Shown piece by piece: positions 1-9,795 of a stretch of 64,000 bases of DNA (its first letter is position 1; each line of letters starts with the position of its first letter). The DNA comes from a virus (taxonomy: Duplodnaviria; Caudoviricetes): positions 4,363 to 68,362 of IMG/VR virus record IMGVR_UViG_3300005937_000014. One strand, 5' to 3'. The translations under genes and the position numbers were made by a program. The notes below the pieces were generated by a model. The model worked only from the letters and a program-made list of their open reading frames with translations, was not told the origin of the DNA and made no database searches.

Positions 1-705
1 GGCGGGGTGGACAAGAGCACGCTCAAGTCGCAGCCGAAGCTTGGGGCGGTGCCGCGCAAGCGGGGCGTGCCGGAGGGCTTGAAGATCAAAGACCTGATCG
101 GTGTGCCGTGGCGGGTCGCCTTCGCGCTCCAGGACGATGGCTGGTGGCTGCGCCAGGCGTGCATCTGGCACAACGTCAACGCCCTGCCGGACGCGGCGGC
201 GGACCGGCCCACCTCCGACTATGAGACGGTGTTTATGCTGACGCGCTCGGCCTCGTACTTCTACAACGCCGCGGGGGTGAAGCAGGACGCGCTCTGGGAG
301 CGGTGGGGCAGGCAGACGGTGCCGAAGTACGAGGGCACGGAGACGGCGTCCGGCTGGATGCGTGAGCGCGAGGACTTCGACGCGCTCCGTAACGGCGGCA
401 AGAACCTGCGCTCGGTGTGGCCGATCCCGCACGCGCAGTACCCCGGCGAGCACGAGGCCGTGATGCCGGTGGAACTCGCCTCGCTCTGCATCGCCGCCTC
501 GACCCGGCCCGGCGATCTCGTGCTCGACCCGTTCGCGGGCACCGGCACGACGCTGATCGCCGCGCTCAGGCTCGGGCGTCGCGCCGTCGGCGTCGAGATC
601 AACCCGGCCTACGTCGAGCTTGCCAGGGCACGGCTGACGAAGTGGTGGGCGACCGAGCCGCAGTTGGTCGTCCGGCGCGAGCACCCGACCCTCTGGGACG
701 AGTGA
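1..705 (+). CDS. Site-specific DNA methyltransferase (N6-A/N4-C, beta class), probably 5'-truncated by the window edge
   Basis: Frame is open from base 1. Contains GVPWRVAFALQDDGWWLRQ..IW, KNLRSVW, H.AVMP, VLDPFAGTGTT (SAM-binding FxGxG) and GVEINPAY motifs typical of phage Mod-type MTases. Confidence 0.9.
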   Translation, partial: GGVDKSTLKSQPKLGAVPRKRGVPEGLKIKDLIGVPWRVAFALQDDGWWLRQACIWHNVNALPDAAADRPTSDYETVFMLTRSASYFYNAAGVKQDALWERWGRQTVPKYEGTETASGWMREREDFDALRNGGKNLRSVWPIPHAQYPGEHEAVMPVELASLCIAASTRPGDLVLDPFAGTGTTLIAALRLGRRAVGVEINPAYVELARARLTKWWATEPQLVVRREHPTLWDE

Positions 706-1109
706 AGCGGACGCCGCTCCGCCGCAAAACACGTCTCAGGCGCTCACAGACGCCGTTCTCCGCGATGCCGGAGGCGTGGCGGGACGACTGGGTCGCCTGG
801 AAGCGCGAGGTCACACGGGGCCGCAGGTGCATCGTGTGCAACCGCGGCGGCAAGCTCGACCCACATCACGTGCTCCCCGCCCGGCGCATCCTCGACTGGG
901 CGCGCGAGCGTCGCCTGGCGCTCGATGACCCGCAGGTGATCGGGCTGCTGTTCGACCCCGACAACGGCGTGCCCGTCTGCCGGGAGGATCACGAGGCGCA
1001 CGAGAACGGCTCGCGGCGCATCCCCTTCCGGCTGCTGCCGCTGGCGGCGCTGCGCTTCGCGGAGCGGCTGGATCTCGGACACGTGCTCGATAGGCTCTAC
1101 CCGCGGTGA
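702..1109 (+). CDS. HNH-like / NinG-like nuclease
   Basis: GTG overlaps the upstream stop. MKRTPLRRKT start, CIVC...LDPHH...NGVPVCREDHEAH (HNH/zinc-finger pattern). Confidence 0.65.
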   Translation: MKRTPLRRKTRLRRSQTPFSAMPEAWRDDWVAWKREVTRGRRCIVCNRGGKLDPHHVLPARRILDWARERRLALDDPQVIGLLFDPDNGVPVCREDHEAHENGSRRIPFRLLPLAALRFAERLDLGHVLDRLYPR

Positions 1110-1327
1110 GCGCCGAGTCCGACCTCCGGTACGACTACCCGGAGATCGACTGGGACGAGCCGGTGCCGGTGCGGCTGGTCGGCTACGAGGACGTGTTCTG
1201 GGTCTGCCGCGTCTGCATCGCGCTGCACGGCCTTCGGGCCGAGCGGATCACGAGCACGAACTACGCCTTCCGCCAGCGCGACCACGCGCGGCGACACATC
1301 GAGAGCACGCACCCCGCGTCCGGCTAG
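1106..1327 (+). CDS. Small hypothetical protein with CxxC
   Basis: GTGA overlap with the previous stop; CRVC...H motif; phage-like codon usage. Confidence 0.55.
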   Translation: MSAESDLRYDYPEIDWDEPVPVRLVGYEDVFWVCRVCIALHGLRAERITSTNYAFRQRDHARRHIESTHPASG

Positions 1328-1459
1328 AACAGGACGAGCGCACCTTCGCGATCCGGCAGACGCGCTGATCGTGTGGTAGCGTCCCGCGGTCACGAGACAA
1401 CCAGGGCGTCCCGGCTCCCTCATCGCCCACCCCGCCGGTCGTCCGTCCTCGTCCCCTAG

Positions 1460-2056
<597 letters not shown>

Positions 2057-2107
2057 GGAGTACGCTCGGACGCGACGTGCGCCGCGTCACCCTCGGCGCA
2101 CCACGCC

Positions 2108-2138
2108 TGCGGGGGGTTGGGGCACCCGGCCCCCCGCA
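2108..2138 (+). terminator. GC-rich hairpin after rpf
   Basis: TGCGGGGGG (2108-2116) and CCCCCCGCA (2130-2138) form an inverted repeat; no U-tract, which is common in Actinobacteria. Confidence 0.45.
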
Positions 2139-2218
2139 AGTGTCAGCACACGTCGTGTCTGTCCGGCCGAGCGCGTAGGGTCGGGACTCCCACGACCAAG
2201 GGGGTGCGCGTGACCTCG

Positions 2219-2608
2219 ATGGAAGATCAGGTCGCACGAGAGCAGGCCGAGTACGACCAGAACGGCAAGTCGCTGGAGGACGCCGCCGCGGAGGGCGAGG
2301 GGCTGGAGGACGACGGCACGATGCAACTCGTGCTGCCCGGCACCGCGGCGCGGCTGACGGCCACCGCGGGCGGCAAGCGGCCCACCTCGTCCATGTTCAA
2401 GATGCAGTCGATCTCGCTGCCGATCAGCGAGAACCAGCAACTCGACAAGGGCGAGACGATCTGGGTCGCCGTCGAGTGCCGGGTCCGCGGCACGCACTTC
2501 GATGACCAGTACGACGGGCGCGAGATCGGCGCTGTTGTGCGCACGCACGTGGCGAAGCCGATGGCTGTCATGGTGCTCGACGGCCCGCCGGAGGGCGCGG
2601 ACGAGTAG
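2219..2608 (+). CDS. Hypothetical phage protein
   Basis: TAGGGT -10 upstream (~2176), ATG at 2219, acidic protein with good codon bias. Confidence 0.6.
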   Translation: MEDQVAREQAEYDQNGKSLEDAAAEGEGLEDDGTMQLVLPGTAARLTATAGGKRPTSSMFKMQSISLPISENQQLDKGETIWVAVECRVRGTHFDDQYDGREIGAVVRTHVAKPMAVMVLDGPPEGADE

Positions 2609-2624
2609 CCGCGGGCCTGCTGCC

Positions 2625-2654
2625 TGGGGACAACCCTGGGGAAAGTGTGGACAA
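2625..2654 (-). promoter_or_regulatory. Cluster of three DnaA-box-like 9-mers
   Basis: TGGGGACAA (2625), TGGGGAAAG (2637) and TGTGGACAA (2646). The last is the reverse complement of the actinobacterial DnaA box TTGTCCACA. The cluster lies just upstream of the initiator gene promoter. Confidence 0.5.
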
Positions 2655-2728
2655 CCGGAGGGCGTTCGACAGAGCGCCCTTCGCGTTGTAGGGTCGCCTC
2701 CTCGCTCGCCCGACCAAGGAGGTGCCGC

Positions 2729-3514
2729 ATGAGTAACCGCGTGCTCAACGCCGTGTGGGAGCACTCGTCCTCGACTGGGAACGACCGCCTCGTCCTCCTC
2801 GTCCTCGCAGACGCCGCCAACCCCGAGCAGCGCGTCGCGTGGCCGAGCGTGAAGTTCATCGCGGAGCGGTGCGGCGGCATCGAGCCGCGCACCGTCCAGC
2901 GGTGTCTGCGCAGGCTGGAGCACGAGCTTCACGAGATCGAGACGGTGACCAACGGCGGTCACGTGGACGGCCGGAACCAAGCGACGACGTACCGCGTCAC
3001 GGTGGGGTGGCAATCTGACGCCCCCCGACAGGACGGTCAGGGGGAGGAGATGACGTTGCTGTCGGGAGGGGGTGACGCTGCTGTCGCCCCAACCCTAAGA
3101 GAACCCTCAACTACATCTACCTCCTCCTCCGGCACCGCGCGCGCGAGGCCCGGCTGGTTACCGCAGTCAGTCGGAGGGTTGCCGGTCACCGCGAAGGAGG
3201 CTGAGTGGACGGACTCGCTGCTCGACGTGTTCAACGAGGTGAGCGACAAACGCTTCTCCGGGAAGTCCTGGCGGGAGTCCATCGTCCGACGCTTACGCGA
3301 ACATCCAGAGATCGGACTGGATGAGCACGAGGCCATTGTCAGGGGTCAGTTCGAGCGTCCTTGGTGGAAAGGTGATCCGACGCCCAGTGTCATCTGGGGC
3401 AACGACCGCGTGTTCGACAGGGCACTCAACCGAGCACAAGGTCCGCGCCCCGAGCGCACGACGGGTTACAACCTCCCAGAAGATCACCCTCGTGCGTTCA
3501 CCGTCCGGCGGTAA
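2729..3514 (+). CDS. Phage replication initiator (N-terminal HTH_36-like domain)
   Basis: RBS AAGGAGG. L.LLVLADAANPE..VAWPSVKFIAERCG...RTVQRCLRRLE wHTH; PTLREPS motif; sits directly upstream of a DnaC-like gene. Confidence 0.8.
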   Translation: MSNRVLNAVWEHSSSTGNDRLVLLVLADAANPEQRVAWPSVKFIAERCGGIEPRTVQRCLRRLEHELHEIETVTNGGHVDGRNQATTYRVTVGWQSDAPRQDGQGEEMTLLSGGGDAAVAPTLREPSTTSTSSSGTARARPGWLPQSVGGLPVTAKEAEWTDSLLDVFNEVSDKRFSGKSWRESIVRRLREHPEIGLDEHEAIVRGQFERPWWKGDPTPSVIWGNDRVFDRALNRAQGPRPERTTGYNLPEDHPRAFTVRR

Positions 3515-3541
3515 AGATTCACGGACAATGCGAATGAATCG

Positions 3542-4336
3542 GTGTCGCGAGAGGGCATAGTGGACGCGATGGAGCGCCTCGATGTGAGCGAGATCGTGAA
3601 GGTACTCGGCAGTGGCCCCTGCTCGACCGACGCCTGTCCGAACACCGGGCGGCGCGTGCTGCTGTTCGGCAGCCTCGAAGTGGTCGAGCCATGCGTGTCC
3701 TGCCAGCAGGCTGCCGCCGCGGAGCGGGATGACGAGGAGCGAGCCGAGCGACTCGCTGCTCGGCTCCGCGGCGCAGGCTCTACGCCGCTCTACCTCGACT
3801 GGACGCTGGAGAGCTTCGCAGCCACGCGCACCGACGAGGCGGCGCTTGCGTTCGCCTGGGAGTGGATCGACCGGTACGTCGCCGGGGAGCGGATCAACGC
3901 CTTCATCTACGGGCCGCAGGGAGGCGGCAAGACCGGCCTGGCCTGGTCGATGATCCGGCACCTCGTAACCGAGGGCGACGTGGGCTGCAAGATCGCCACC
4001 TGGCGCGAGGCGCTCGACGTGATGCGCGACTCGTTCCGGCACTCCGAGCCGTCCCGGCAGATGGAGCGGCTGCGCGCCGTGCCGGTGCTCGTGCTCGATG
4101 ACGTGGGCAGCGAGCGGCCCACCGACTTCGCGCGGAGCGAACTCCTCTCGCTCGTGGACCGCCGGATGCTGAACAAGCGCCCGACGATCATCACCTCCAA
4201 CTTCGACCAGAACAGCCTGGCCGACCGGCTCGGCCACGACGACTCGATCATCGGTCGCCGGATCGTCAGCCGGATGTGCGGAGGCGGCACGATGCAACTG
4301 CATCTCGACGTGCCCGACCGCCGACTCGCAGCGTGA
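3542..4336 (+). CDS. DnaC/IstB-like AAA+ helicase loader
   Basis: Zn-binding Cys cluster, Walker A GPQGGGKT, Walker B VLVLDDVG, PTIITSN, RIVSR. An alternative start is ATG 3569. Confidence 0.88.
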   Translation: MSREGIVDAMERLDVSEIVKVLGSGPCSTDACPNTGRRVLLFGSLEVVEPCVSCQQAAAAERDDEERAERLAARLRGAGSTPLYLDWTLESFAATRTDEAALAFAWEWIDRYVAGERINAFIYGPQGGGKTGLAWSMIRHLVTEGDVGCKIATWREALDVMRDSFRHSEPSRQMERLRAVPVLVLDDVGSERPTDFARSELLSLVDRRMLNKRPTIITSNFDQNSLADRLGHDDSIIGRRIVSRMCGGGTMQLHLDVPDRRLAA

Positions 4337-4384
4337 TGCCGTCCGAGGCTACAGCTACGTTGTGTGCAGGCAGGAGGGTAGATC

Positions 4385-5011
4385 GTGAGCACTGTCATCG
4401 AGTTCGAGATTGCGGGGCATCCGACCACGCAGGGGTCGAAGCAGTCCCACACGCCGACCTACCGGAACGGCGAGCCGGTGCGTCGGCACCGGGCCGGATG
4501 CCCTGACCGCTACGCGCGCGAGCGCGCGACCTGCGCCTGTCCGATCCTGACGACCGTCCGCGAGCAGATGGGCGCGGCGCTGGAGCACTGGCGGCACGTG
4601 ATCGCCGCTCGCGCCCGCGAGGCGATGGCCGGGCGTCCGCTGCTCGACGGGCTGATCGAGGCGACCTTCGTGTTTGAGAAGCCGCGCCCGAAGTCCCACT
4701 ACGGGACCGGCCGGAACGCGGGCATCCTCAAGGACTCGGCCCCGGCCGCGCCGGGCAAGCGGCCGGACGGGTTGAAGCTCGCACGTGCCGTCGAGGACGC
4801 GCTGACGAAGATCGTCTACACCGACGACTCGCTGATCGTCACGCACCAGATCGGCAAGCGGTACTGCGACCGCCTGGCGGGCGAGCGGGTGCTCGTGCGC
4901 TTCCGGCTGCTCGACGCCCAGACGGTGGGCGACCTGGTTACGCTCGGCATCCTGGAGCTTCCGCGGCCGGGCGACGACGAGCAACTCGACCTGCTCGCGC
5001 TCGCCAGCTAG
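4385..5011 (+). CDS. rusA: RusA-like Holliday junction resolvase
   Basis: FEIAGHPTTQGSK and KRPDGLKLARAVEDALTKIVYTDDSLIV motifs of the RusA family. Confidence 0.8.
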   Translation: MSTVIEFEIAGHPTTQGSKQSHTPTYRNGEPVRRHRAGCPDRYARERATCACPILTTVREQMGAALEHWRHVIAARAREAMAGRPLLDGLIEATFVFEKPRPKSHYGTGRNAGILKDSAPAAPGKRPDGLKLARAVEDALTKIVYTDDSLIVTHQIGKRYCDRLAGERVLVRFRLLDAQTVGDLVTLGILELPRPGDDEQLDLLALAS

Positions 5012-5077
5012 CCACAGGTTCAACCAAGAGAAGGGGACGACCGGCGTGTGTACCGCCGCTCGATCCCCTGCGCCAGA

Positions 5078-5096
5078 ACACGATGTGTGCTAGGCT
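5078..5096 (+). promoter_or_regulatory. Repeated operator/-10 element (ACAC-gat-GTGT-gc-TAGGCT)
   Basis: Copy of the genome-wide motif ACAC-N3-GTGT-NN-TAnnnT. Confidence 0.7.
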
Positions 5097-5135
5097 TCCC
5101 GGCGTGTGTACCAACGACCTGGAGGTGAACGACCG

Positions 5136-5552
5136 ATGGATCTCGTGACGTGGCTGGAGAAGAACGGCTGCTACGAGGTGGAGCCGGTGCGCGTGAAGAT
5201 CGGACGGCTGACGTACGAAGGCGCGCGCTACAAGCAGGACCGGACCGCGCCCGCGGGGAGTCGCGCGGCGCTGGAGGGCCGCGCCGACTACACGGCGGAG
5301 GCGCTCTACCTGCTCGGGCCGCTGCCTGCGGCGTACCAGCGCACGAGCCGCGTCTGCTTCACGGGCGTGGACGAGCGCGAGTGGTACGTGTCGGGCTGGG
5401 TGTCCCCGAGCGCGGCGCGCGATCCGCTGACGCGCGACTACCACTTCGACGGCAACCAGGCGGTGATGCTCGCGCCGTGGTTCCTGGACGAGAAGATCGA
5501 CCAGCACGAGGAGACGCCCTACCGGCGGGTCCGCGTCCACGTCGAGCAGTGA
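5136..5552 (+). CDS. Hypothetical protein
   Basis: RBS GGAGGTG, ATG 5136, downstream of a motif promoter. Confidence 0.65.
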   Translation: MDLVTWLEKNGCYEVEPVRVKIGRLTYEGARYKQDRTAPAGSRAALEGRADYTAEALYLLGPLPAAYQRTSRVCFTGVDEREWYVSGWVSPSAARDPLTRDYHFDGNQAVMLAPWFLDEKIDQHEETPYRRVRVHVEQ

Positions 5553-6178
5553 CCGTCGAGCGCAAGCGGCGGGTCATCGACCTGCTGGTCGAGCGCGCCC
5601 CCTCCTACATCGCGCGGGACTACAAGGAGGGGGCGCGCTGCGTCGCCGCGACGCGGATCGCGTACGACGTGCTTCGCTACTTCGAGATCCGCAGCAAGGC
5701 GCTGCCGGTCGTCGCGATGGCTGCGAACGCGCAAGCCTACGCAGCGATGCTGGAGGCGCTCGACCTCGGCGGGCCGCTGCCGCGGGAGCGGCAGGAGAAG
5801 CTGGTCGAGGAGGGCGGCTGGTACGTCCAGATCGACACCGAGAGCACGAACGACGGCCGCTACGCCGCGCACCTCGTGCTCGGCATCGAGGAGCCGCTCT
5901 ACGAGGGCGACCGAGGCTTCGTGGATCTCGACCTCCAGCAGTTCCGGCGCGAGCCGAAGGGCATCCTGCTGCCGGGCGCGATCAGCGCGCGCGTGTTCCC
6001 CGAGTGGTGGGACGAGAGCGCCGAGGCGCGCTACCCGCTGGACGAGGGCGGCATCTTCGTGATCCAGCGGCTGCGCGAGTACCGGCCCTTCCAGCACACG
6101 CCGGACTGGAAGCGCAAGCACCCCTGCGTGGGGCCGCTGATTCGCGAGATCCGGGCCGAGCTAGCCGCGGGCGTCTGA
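5549..6178 (+). CDS. Hypothetical protein (possible transglutaminase-like fold)
   Basis: GTGA overlap. RCVAATRI...AHLVL...VDL resembles a Cys-His-Asp arrangement; this is a guess. Confidence 0.55.
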   Translation: MTVERKRRVIDLLVERAPSYIARDYKEGARCVAATRIAYDVLRYFEIRSKALPVVAMAANAQAYAAMLEALDLGGPLPRERQEKLVEEGGWYVQIDTESTNDGRYAAHLVLGIEEPLYEGDRGFVDLDLQQFRREPKGILLPGAISARVFPEWWDESAEARYPLDEGGIFVIQRLREYRPFQHTPDWKRKHPCVGPLIREIRAELAAGV

Positions 6179-6186
6179 GGGGCGCA

Positions 6187-6205
6187 ACACGATGTGTGCT
6201 ATACT
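6187..6205 (+). promoter_or_regulatory. Repeated operator/-10 element (ACAC-gat-GTGT-gc-TATACT)
   Basis: Perfect copy with a strong -10, followed by the conserved leader CGACAGGAGGTAGTCATG. Confidence 0.8.
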
Positions 6206-6239
6206 GTCGTCGTGTGTGTACGACCGACAGGAGGTAGTC

Positions 6240-6494
6240 ATGCCTGACAAGCACCACTTCGACGCCCTTCCGAACTGGGGCGTCATCGAGATGCGCTGCA
6301 TCGAGCCGGGCTGCGAGGCTCACGGCCCGATGCACGAGTGGACGGAGCGCAAGCGCAAGCGCCACCACGAGCAGCACGTGCGCGACGCCAAGCGCGCCAG
6401 CGAGGCCCGGCAGCGCCGCGAGGCGACCGCCCGGATTCGGGAGATCAACCGCGAGCGGGCGCTGGAGCGCCGGATGATCGGGAGCGCGTCATGA
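6240..6494 (+). CDS. Hypothetical protein (CxxxxC..H..H zinc-finger-like)
   Basis: RBS GGAGG, ATG 6240. Confidence 0.6.
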   Translation: MPDKHHFDALPNWGVIEMRCIEPGCEAHGPMHEWTERKRKRHHEQHVRDAKRASEARQRREATARIREINRERALERRMIGSAS

Positions 6495-6847
6495 TCGAGT
6501 TCACCTGCGAGGCCACGGTGGCGAACCTCCCGCGCGCGAACCAGTTGACGTGGGAGGGGATGTGCGAGCACGAGCGGGAGCGCGGCAGGCCCGAGCCGAT
6601 GCGCCAGGCGTTCGGCTACACGTCAACCGACGAGCACCGTCGAGTCCGCTTCACCCGGCTCGGCGTCCGCACCGACGAGATGGACTCGGGCCGGATGGAT
6701 CTCTCCTGCACCACGGCGTACGCGAGCGAGGCGCAGTTCGAGCGCGTGCTCGCGCTCCAGCCCGGCGACCGGGTGAAGCTGAGCGGCGTCCTCCACCACC
6801 ACAACGGGTTCTTCTACCCGCACATCCTCCGGGTGACGAAGCGATGA
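6491..6847 (+). CDS. Hypothetical protein (possible OB-fold)
   Basis: ATGA overlaps at both ends; LQPGDRVKLSGVLH segment. Confidence 0.55.
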   Translation: MIEFTCEATVANLPRANQLTWEGMCEHERERGRPEPMRQAFGYTSTDEHRRVRFTRLGVRTDEMDSGRMDLSCTTAYASEAQFERVLALQPGDRVKLSGVLHHHNGFFYPHILRVTKR

Positions 6848-8559
6848 GCGACGAGGACTACGAGGGCACTCGGGTGGTGATCAACGCGCGCGGCCCTGCC
6901 GCGAGGCAGACCGAGGCTCCGCTGCTCGACGGCGAGCGGCGCGGCGACGTGCTCTCCCAGCGGATCGTGGAGGCGAAGCTCGCGCAGTGGAAGGGGAGCG
7001 GCTCAAGCCCGGCGGACGCGAACGACGCGATGATCTCCGTCCCGCACGGGCTGATCTCGTGGCTCGCGGACGAGGCGCTGACGATGCGGGACGCCCACCG
7101 GCATCACGAGCACCTCGACTTCCAGATGCTCGACCGGACGAACCTACGTGCCCGGCACCTGGTCGGCGCGACCACCCGGATCTTCCGGCCGGACGGCAGC
7201 GACTTCTGCCGGGTCAAGTTCGCGCTCCGGCTCCTGGACGACCCGGAGGGCGAGCGGCCGTACGAGTTCTTCGCGGACGTGCCGAGCGAGGCGATGGGCA
7301 AGCTGCTCGACGCCGCCCGGCAGGACGAGAACGTCCCGGTGCGCTACAGCGTCGAGGCGGGCGGGCGGTACGGGACGCCGCGGATGGACGGGCGCACGCC
7401 GCGCTGGGCCGGGTCGCACAGCTTCGGTCCGGTGCTGGAGCAGGCCCGCAAGGTCAGCCGCGCGATCCCGATGCACCTCGGGGGAACGAACAACGCGCCG
7501 CGGCAGGTCATGGCGGTGGCCGAGGCGGGCGAGCTTGAGCGGGCGCACGTCGTGCGGATCGACCCCGAGCAGGTCGAGGTGCTGCCCGAGTGGGAGTCCG
7601 GCGAGGAACTGATCGAGTACGCCCTGGAGGCCGAGCTTCCGTTCGAGACGGTCTACTTCGACTTCGAGCGCGAGGGCGGACTCGCGCCCGGCGTGGGCTT
7701 CGACATGTACGGCAACCCGCTGACGCTGACCGGCGCGCTGATGTTCCGCCGGGTGGACACGGGCGCGCTCACCGTCGCCCCCATCGGCTGGCCGGAGGAC
7801 GCGCGCATCGAGCGCGGCAGCGAGACGTGGTCGCGCTACGAGACGACCGGCTGGTTCTGCTTCGACCGCGAGGTGCTGCGCAACGCGCGGGGCGACCTGA
7901 TCGCGGCCAGCACGATGCCGCTCGTGCTCAACGCCCTCGACGGAACCTCCGCGGACGCCACGATCCTCAGTGCCGACGGCTGTGCGAACTCGCTGGCGGG
8001 ACCGGGCGACGAGGAGAAGCCGATGCTGCCCTGGCCGGGCTACGCCGTGCTGCCGACCAACCGGCGCGACATGATCGTGACCTTCGGGGAGCAGGAGGCG
8101 GCTGAGCAACTGGTCTGGTGGGGCGACATGATCTGGGCGCTCGTGAAGAAGGCGATGGCGGCGCTGACCATCGTGGAGGCCGAGGAGTGCGTGCTCGTGG
8201 ACGCGCCGATGGAGAAGCGCGACCGCAAGCGGGCCGAGAAGCGCGGCTGGCCCATCGCGCAGCAGGTCGTGATCCGGCCGCGCCGCAAGTACGTCAACGA
8301 GCGCGAGCGCGTCCGGCGCGAGACGGAGGAGTCGCGCTACTCGCACCGCTTCTGGCGGCGCGGCACGCACGCGCACTACCCGCTCGGGACGCGGATGGCC
8401 GACACCCGGCCGGATCTCGTCAAGGCGTGCCCGCGGCTCGACCCGGAGACGAACTGTGGCTTCTGCCGCCGGGTCTGGCACCCGCCCTGCATCGTCGGGC
8501 CGGACGACAAGCCGCTCGTCCTCAAGACGCTGGTCACCAAGCGGGGGAAGGCGTCGTGA
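6844..8559 (+). CDS. Large hypothetical phage protein
   Basis: 571-aa ORF with strong codon bias. The C-terminal YSHRFWRRG..H...VWHPPCIVGPDDKPLVLK resembles a motif recurrent in actinophage proteins of unknown function. Confidence 0.7.
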   Translation: MSDEDYEGTRVVINARGPAARQTEAPLLDGERRGDVLSQRIVEAKLAQWKGSGSSPADANDAMISVPHGLISWLADEALTMRDAHRHHEHLDFQMLDRTNLRARHLVGATTRIFRPDGSDFCRVKFALRLLDDPEGERPYEFFADVPSEAMGKLLDAARQDENVPVRYSVEAGGRYGTPRMDGRTPRWAGSHSFGPVLEQARKVSRAIPMHLGGTNNAPRQVMAVAEAGELERAHVVRIDPEQVEVLPEWESGEELIEYALEAELPFETVYFDFEREGGLAPGVGFDMYGNPLTLTGALMFRRVDTGALTVAPIGWPEDARIERGSETWSRYETTGWFCFDREVLRNARGDLIAASTMPLVLNALDGTSADATILSADGCANSLAGPGDEEKPMLPWPGYAVLPTNRRDMIVTFGEQEAAEQLVWWGDMIWALVKKAMAALTIVEAEECVLVDAPMEKRDRKRAEKRGWPIAQQVVIRPRRKYVNERERVRRETEESRYSHRFWRRGTHAHYPLGTRMADTRPDLVKACPRLDPETNCGFCRRVWHPPCIVGPDDKPLVLKTLVTKRGKAS

Positions 8560-9479
8560 GCATCCGGCCCCCAGCGCCGCGGCCGTGCATCTCGTGCCCG
8601 TACCGGCGGGACGTGCCCTCCGGCCTCTGGTCGGAGACGGAGTACGAGAAGCTGCCGCCCTACGACGACGAGACGGCCTACCAGCCGCCGAGCGTGTTCA
8701 TGTGCCACCAGCAGGACGGCCGGATCTGCGCCGGGTGGGCGGGCACCCACGACATGGACGACGCGCTCGGGCTGCGGATCGCCGCGGCGATAGGCGAGGT
8801 CGCCCCCGAGGACGTGGACGCGGTGCGCGACTACCAGACCGACGTGCCGCTGTTCGGCTCCGGCGCGGAGGCCGCGGAGCACGGCCTGCGTGACCTGCTG
8901 GAGCCGGGCGTCGAGGCGCGGCGGATGGTCGAGAAGCTGGAGCGCAGCCTGAGCAGGCAACGTGCTAACGTTGTGTTCCGAAGCCCGCCCAGGAGAGACA
9001 GAGAGAGGACAGGGATGGCGCAGATCGAGCGGACAGGCAAGCCGCGCGCGATGAGGAAGTACGGGAACGGCGACTTCATGGGCACCCGTGAGGTGGCCGA
9101 GTTCCTGGGCGTCGAGCCGCCGAGGATCGGCCGCTGGCTCAAGCGCGAGGCGGAGGGCAAGACGAAGAAGCTGCCGACGCCGGTCGCCGTGCTCTACATG
9201 TCCCCGATCTGGTTGACCGAGCAGATCGAGGCGCTCAAGGACGGGACGCCAGCGGAGAAGATCAAGTCGCCGTGGCTCGACCTGGTCGGGACCGGCGAGG
9301 CGGCGGAGATCCTCGACATGAAGAAGGACCGGATCGGCGCGTGGCAGCGCGAGGGCGTGATGCCGCCCGTGGTCGCCCGGCTGCGCTCCGGCCCGCTCTG
9401 GTGGCGCACCGATGTGCGCAACCTGCGCCCCGAGCGCGAGCGTCGGCGTCGCAAGGCAGGGAGCGCGCAGGGCGAGTAG
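8556..9479 (+). CDS. DUF6283-like Cys-rich protein read in frame into a tandem AlpA/MerR-like HTH protein (second start ATG 9015)
   Basis: PRPCISCPYRRDVPSGLW..EYEKL..YD...VFMCHQ...CAGW, then two repeats of GTxEvAEiLg..r.r...W...G..P.PvA.L..gPlW. There is no stop between them, and the HTH part has its own purine-rich RBS at 9001-9014. Confidence 0.7.
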   Translation: MSIRPPAPRPCISCPYRRDVPSGLWSETEYEKLPPYDDETAYQPPSVFMCHQQDGRICAGWAGTHDMDDALGLRIAAAIGEVAPEDVDAVRDYQTDVPLFGSGAEAAEHGLRDLLEPGVEARRMVEKLERSLSRQRANVVFRSPPRRDRERTGMAQIERTGKPRAMRKYGNGDFMGTREVAEFLGVEPPRIGRWLKREAEGKTKKLPTPVAVLYMSPIWLTEQIEALKDGTPAEKIKSPWLDLVGTGEAAEILDMKKDRIGAWQREGVMPPVVARLRSGPLWWRTDVRNLRPERERRRRKAGSAQGE

Positions 9480-9518
9480 GCTGCCCCTCCGAACCGTTCG
9501 ACGGAAGGGAGGCGGGCA

Positions 9519-9686
9519 GTGACCGAGCAGGAGCAGACGCAGAACGCTCCCGGTGAGGCGGAGGAGGAGAGCCGCACGACCACCGAGACGACCACGACGA
9601 CGGAGACGCCGCCGGAGCCGTCTGAGCCGGGAGAGCCGGAGCCGTCGCCCGAGGGTGACGAGGACGGCGACGAAGAAGGCGCGTAA
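9519..9686 (+). CDS. Small acidic, low-complexity protein (55 aa)
   Basis: RBS GGGAGG, GTG 9519, TAA 9684. Not in the ORF track because it is under 60 aa. Confidence 0.5.
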   Translation: MTEQEQTQNAPGEAEEESRTTTETTTTTETPPEPSEPGEPEPSPEGDEDGDEEGA

Positions 9687-9715
9687 GCTCGCGCGTCTGA
9701 GGGGAGAGGGATCAC

Positions 9716-9742
9716 GTGGCCGGGAGCGCGCCTCCCGGCCAC
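9716..9742 (+). terminator. 11-bp hairpin
   Basis: GTGGCCGGGAG-cgcgc-CTCCCGGCCAC. Confidence 0.55.
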
Positions 9743-9795
9743 GGCCATTCTGAGCGCCGACCGGGCGCGTATCCTGTGCTGGGGTGACAGAGTGA

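Noticed and set aside
3080-3140. Lambda-O-like iterons within the initiator gene
   Set aside because: Only short AACCCT duplicates and a CCT run; no clear repeat set.
5091-5100. AGGCTTCCC at a motif promoter resembling the array delimiter
   Set aside because: A single 9-mer match in GC-rich DNA that overlaps a -10 box; expected by chance.
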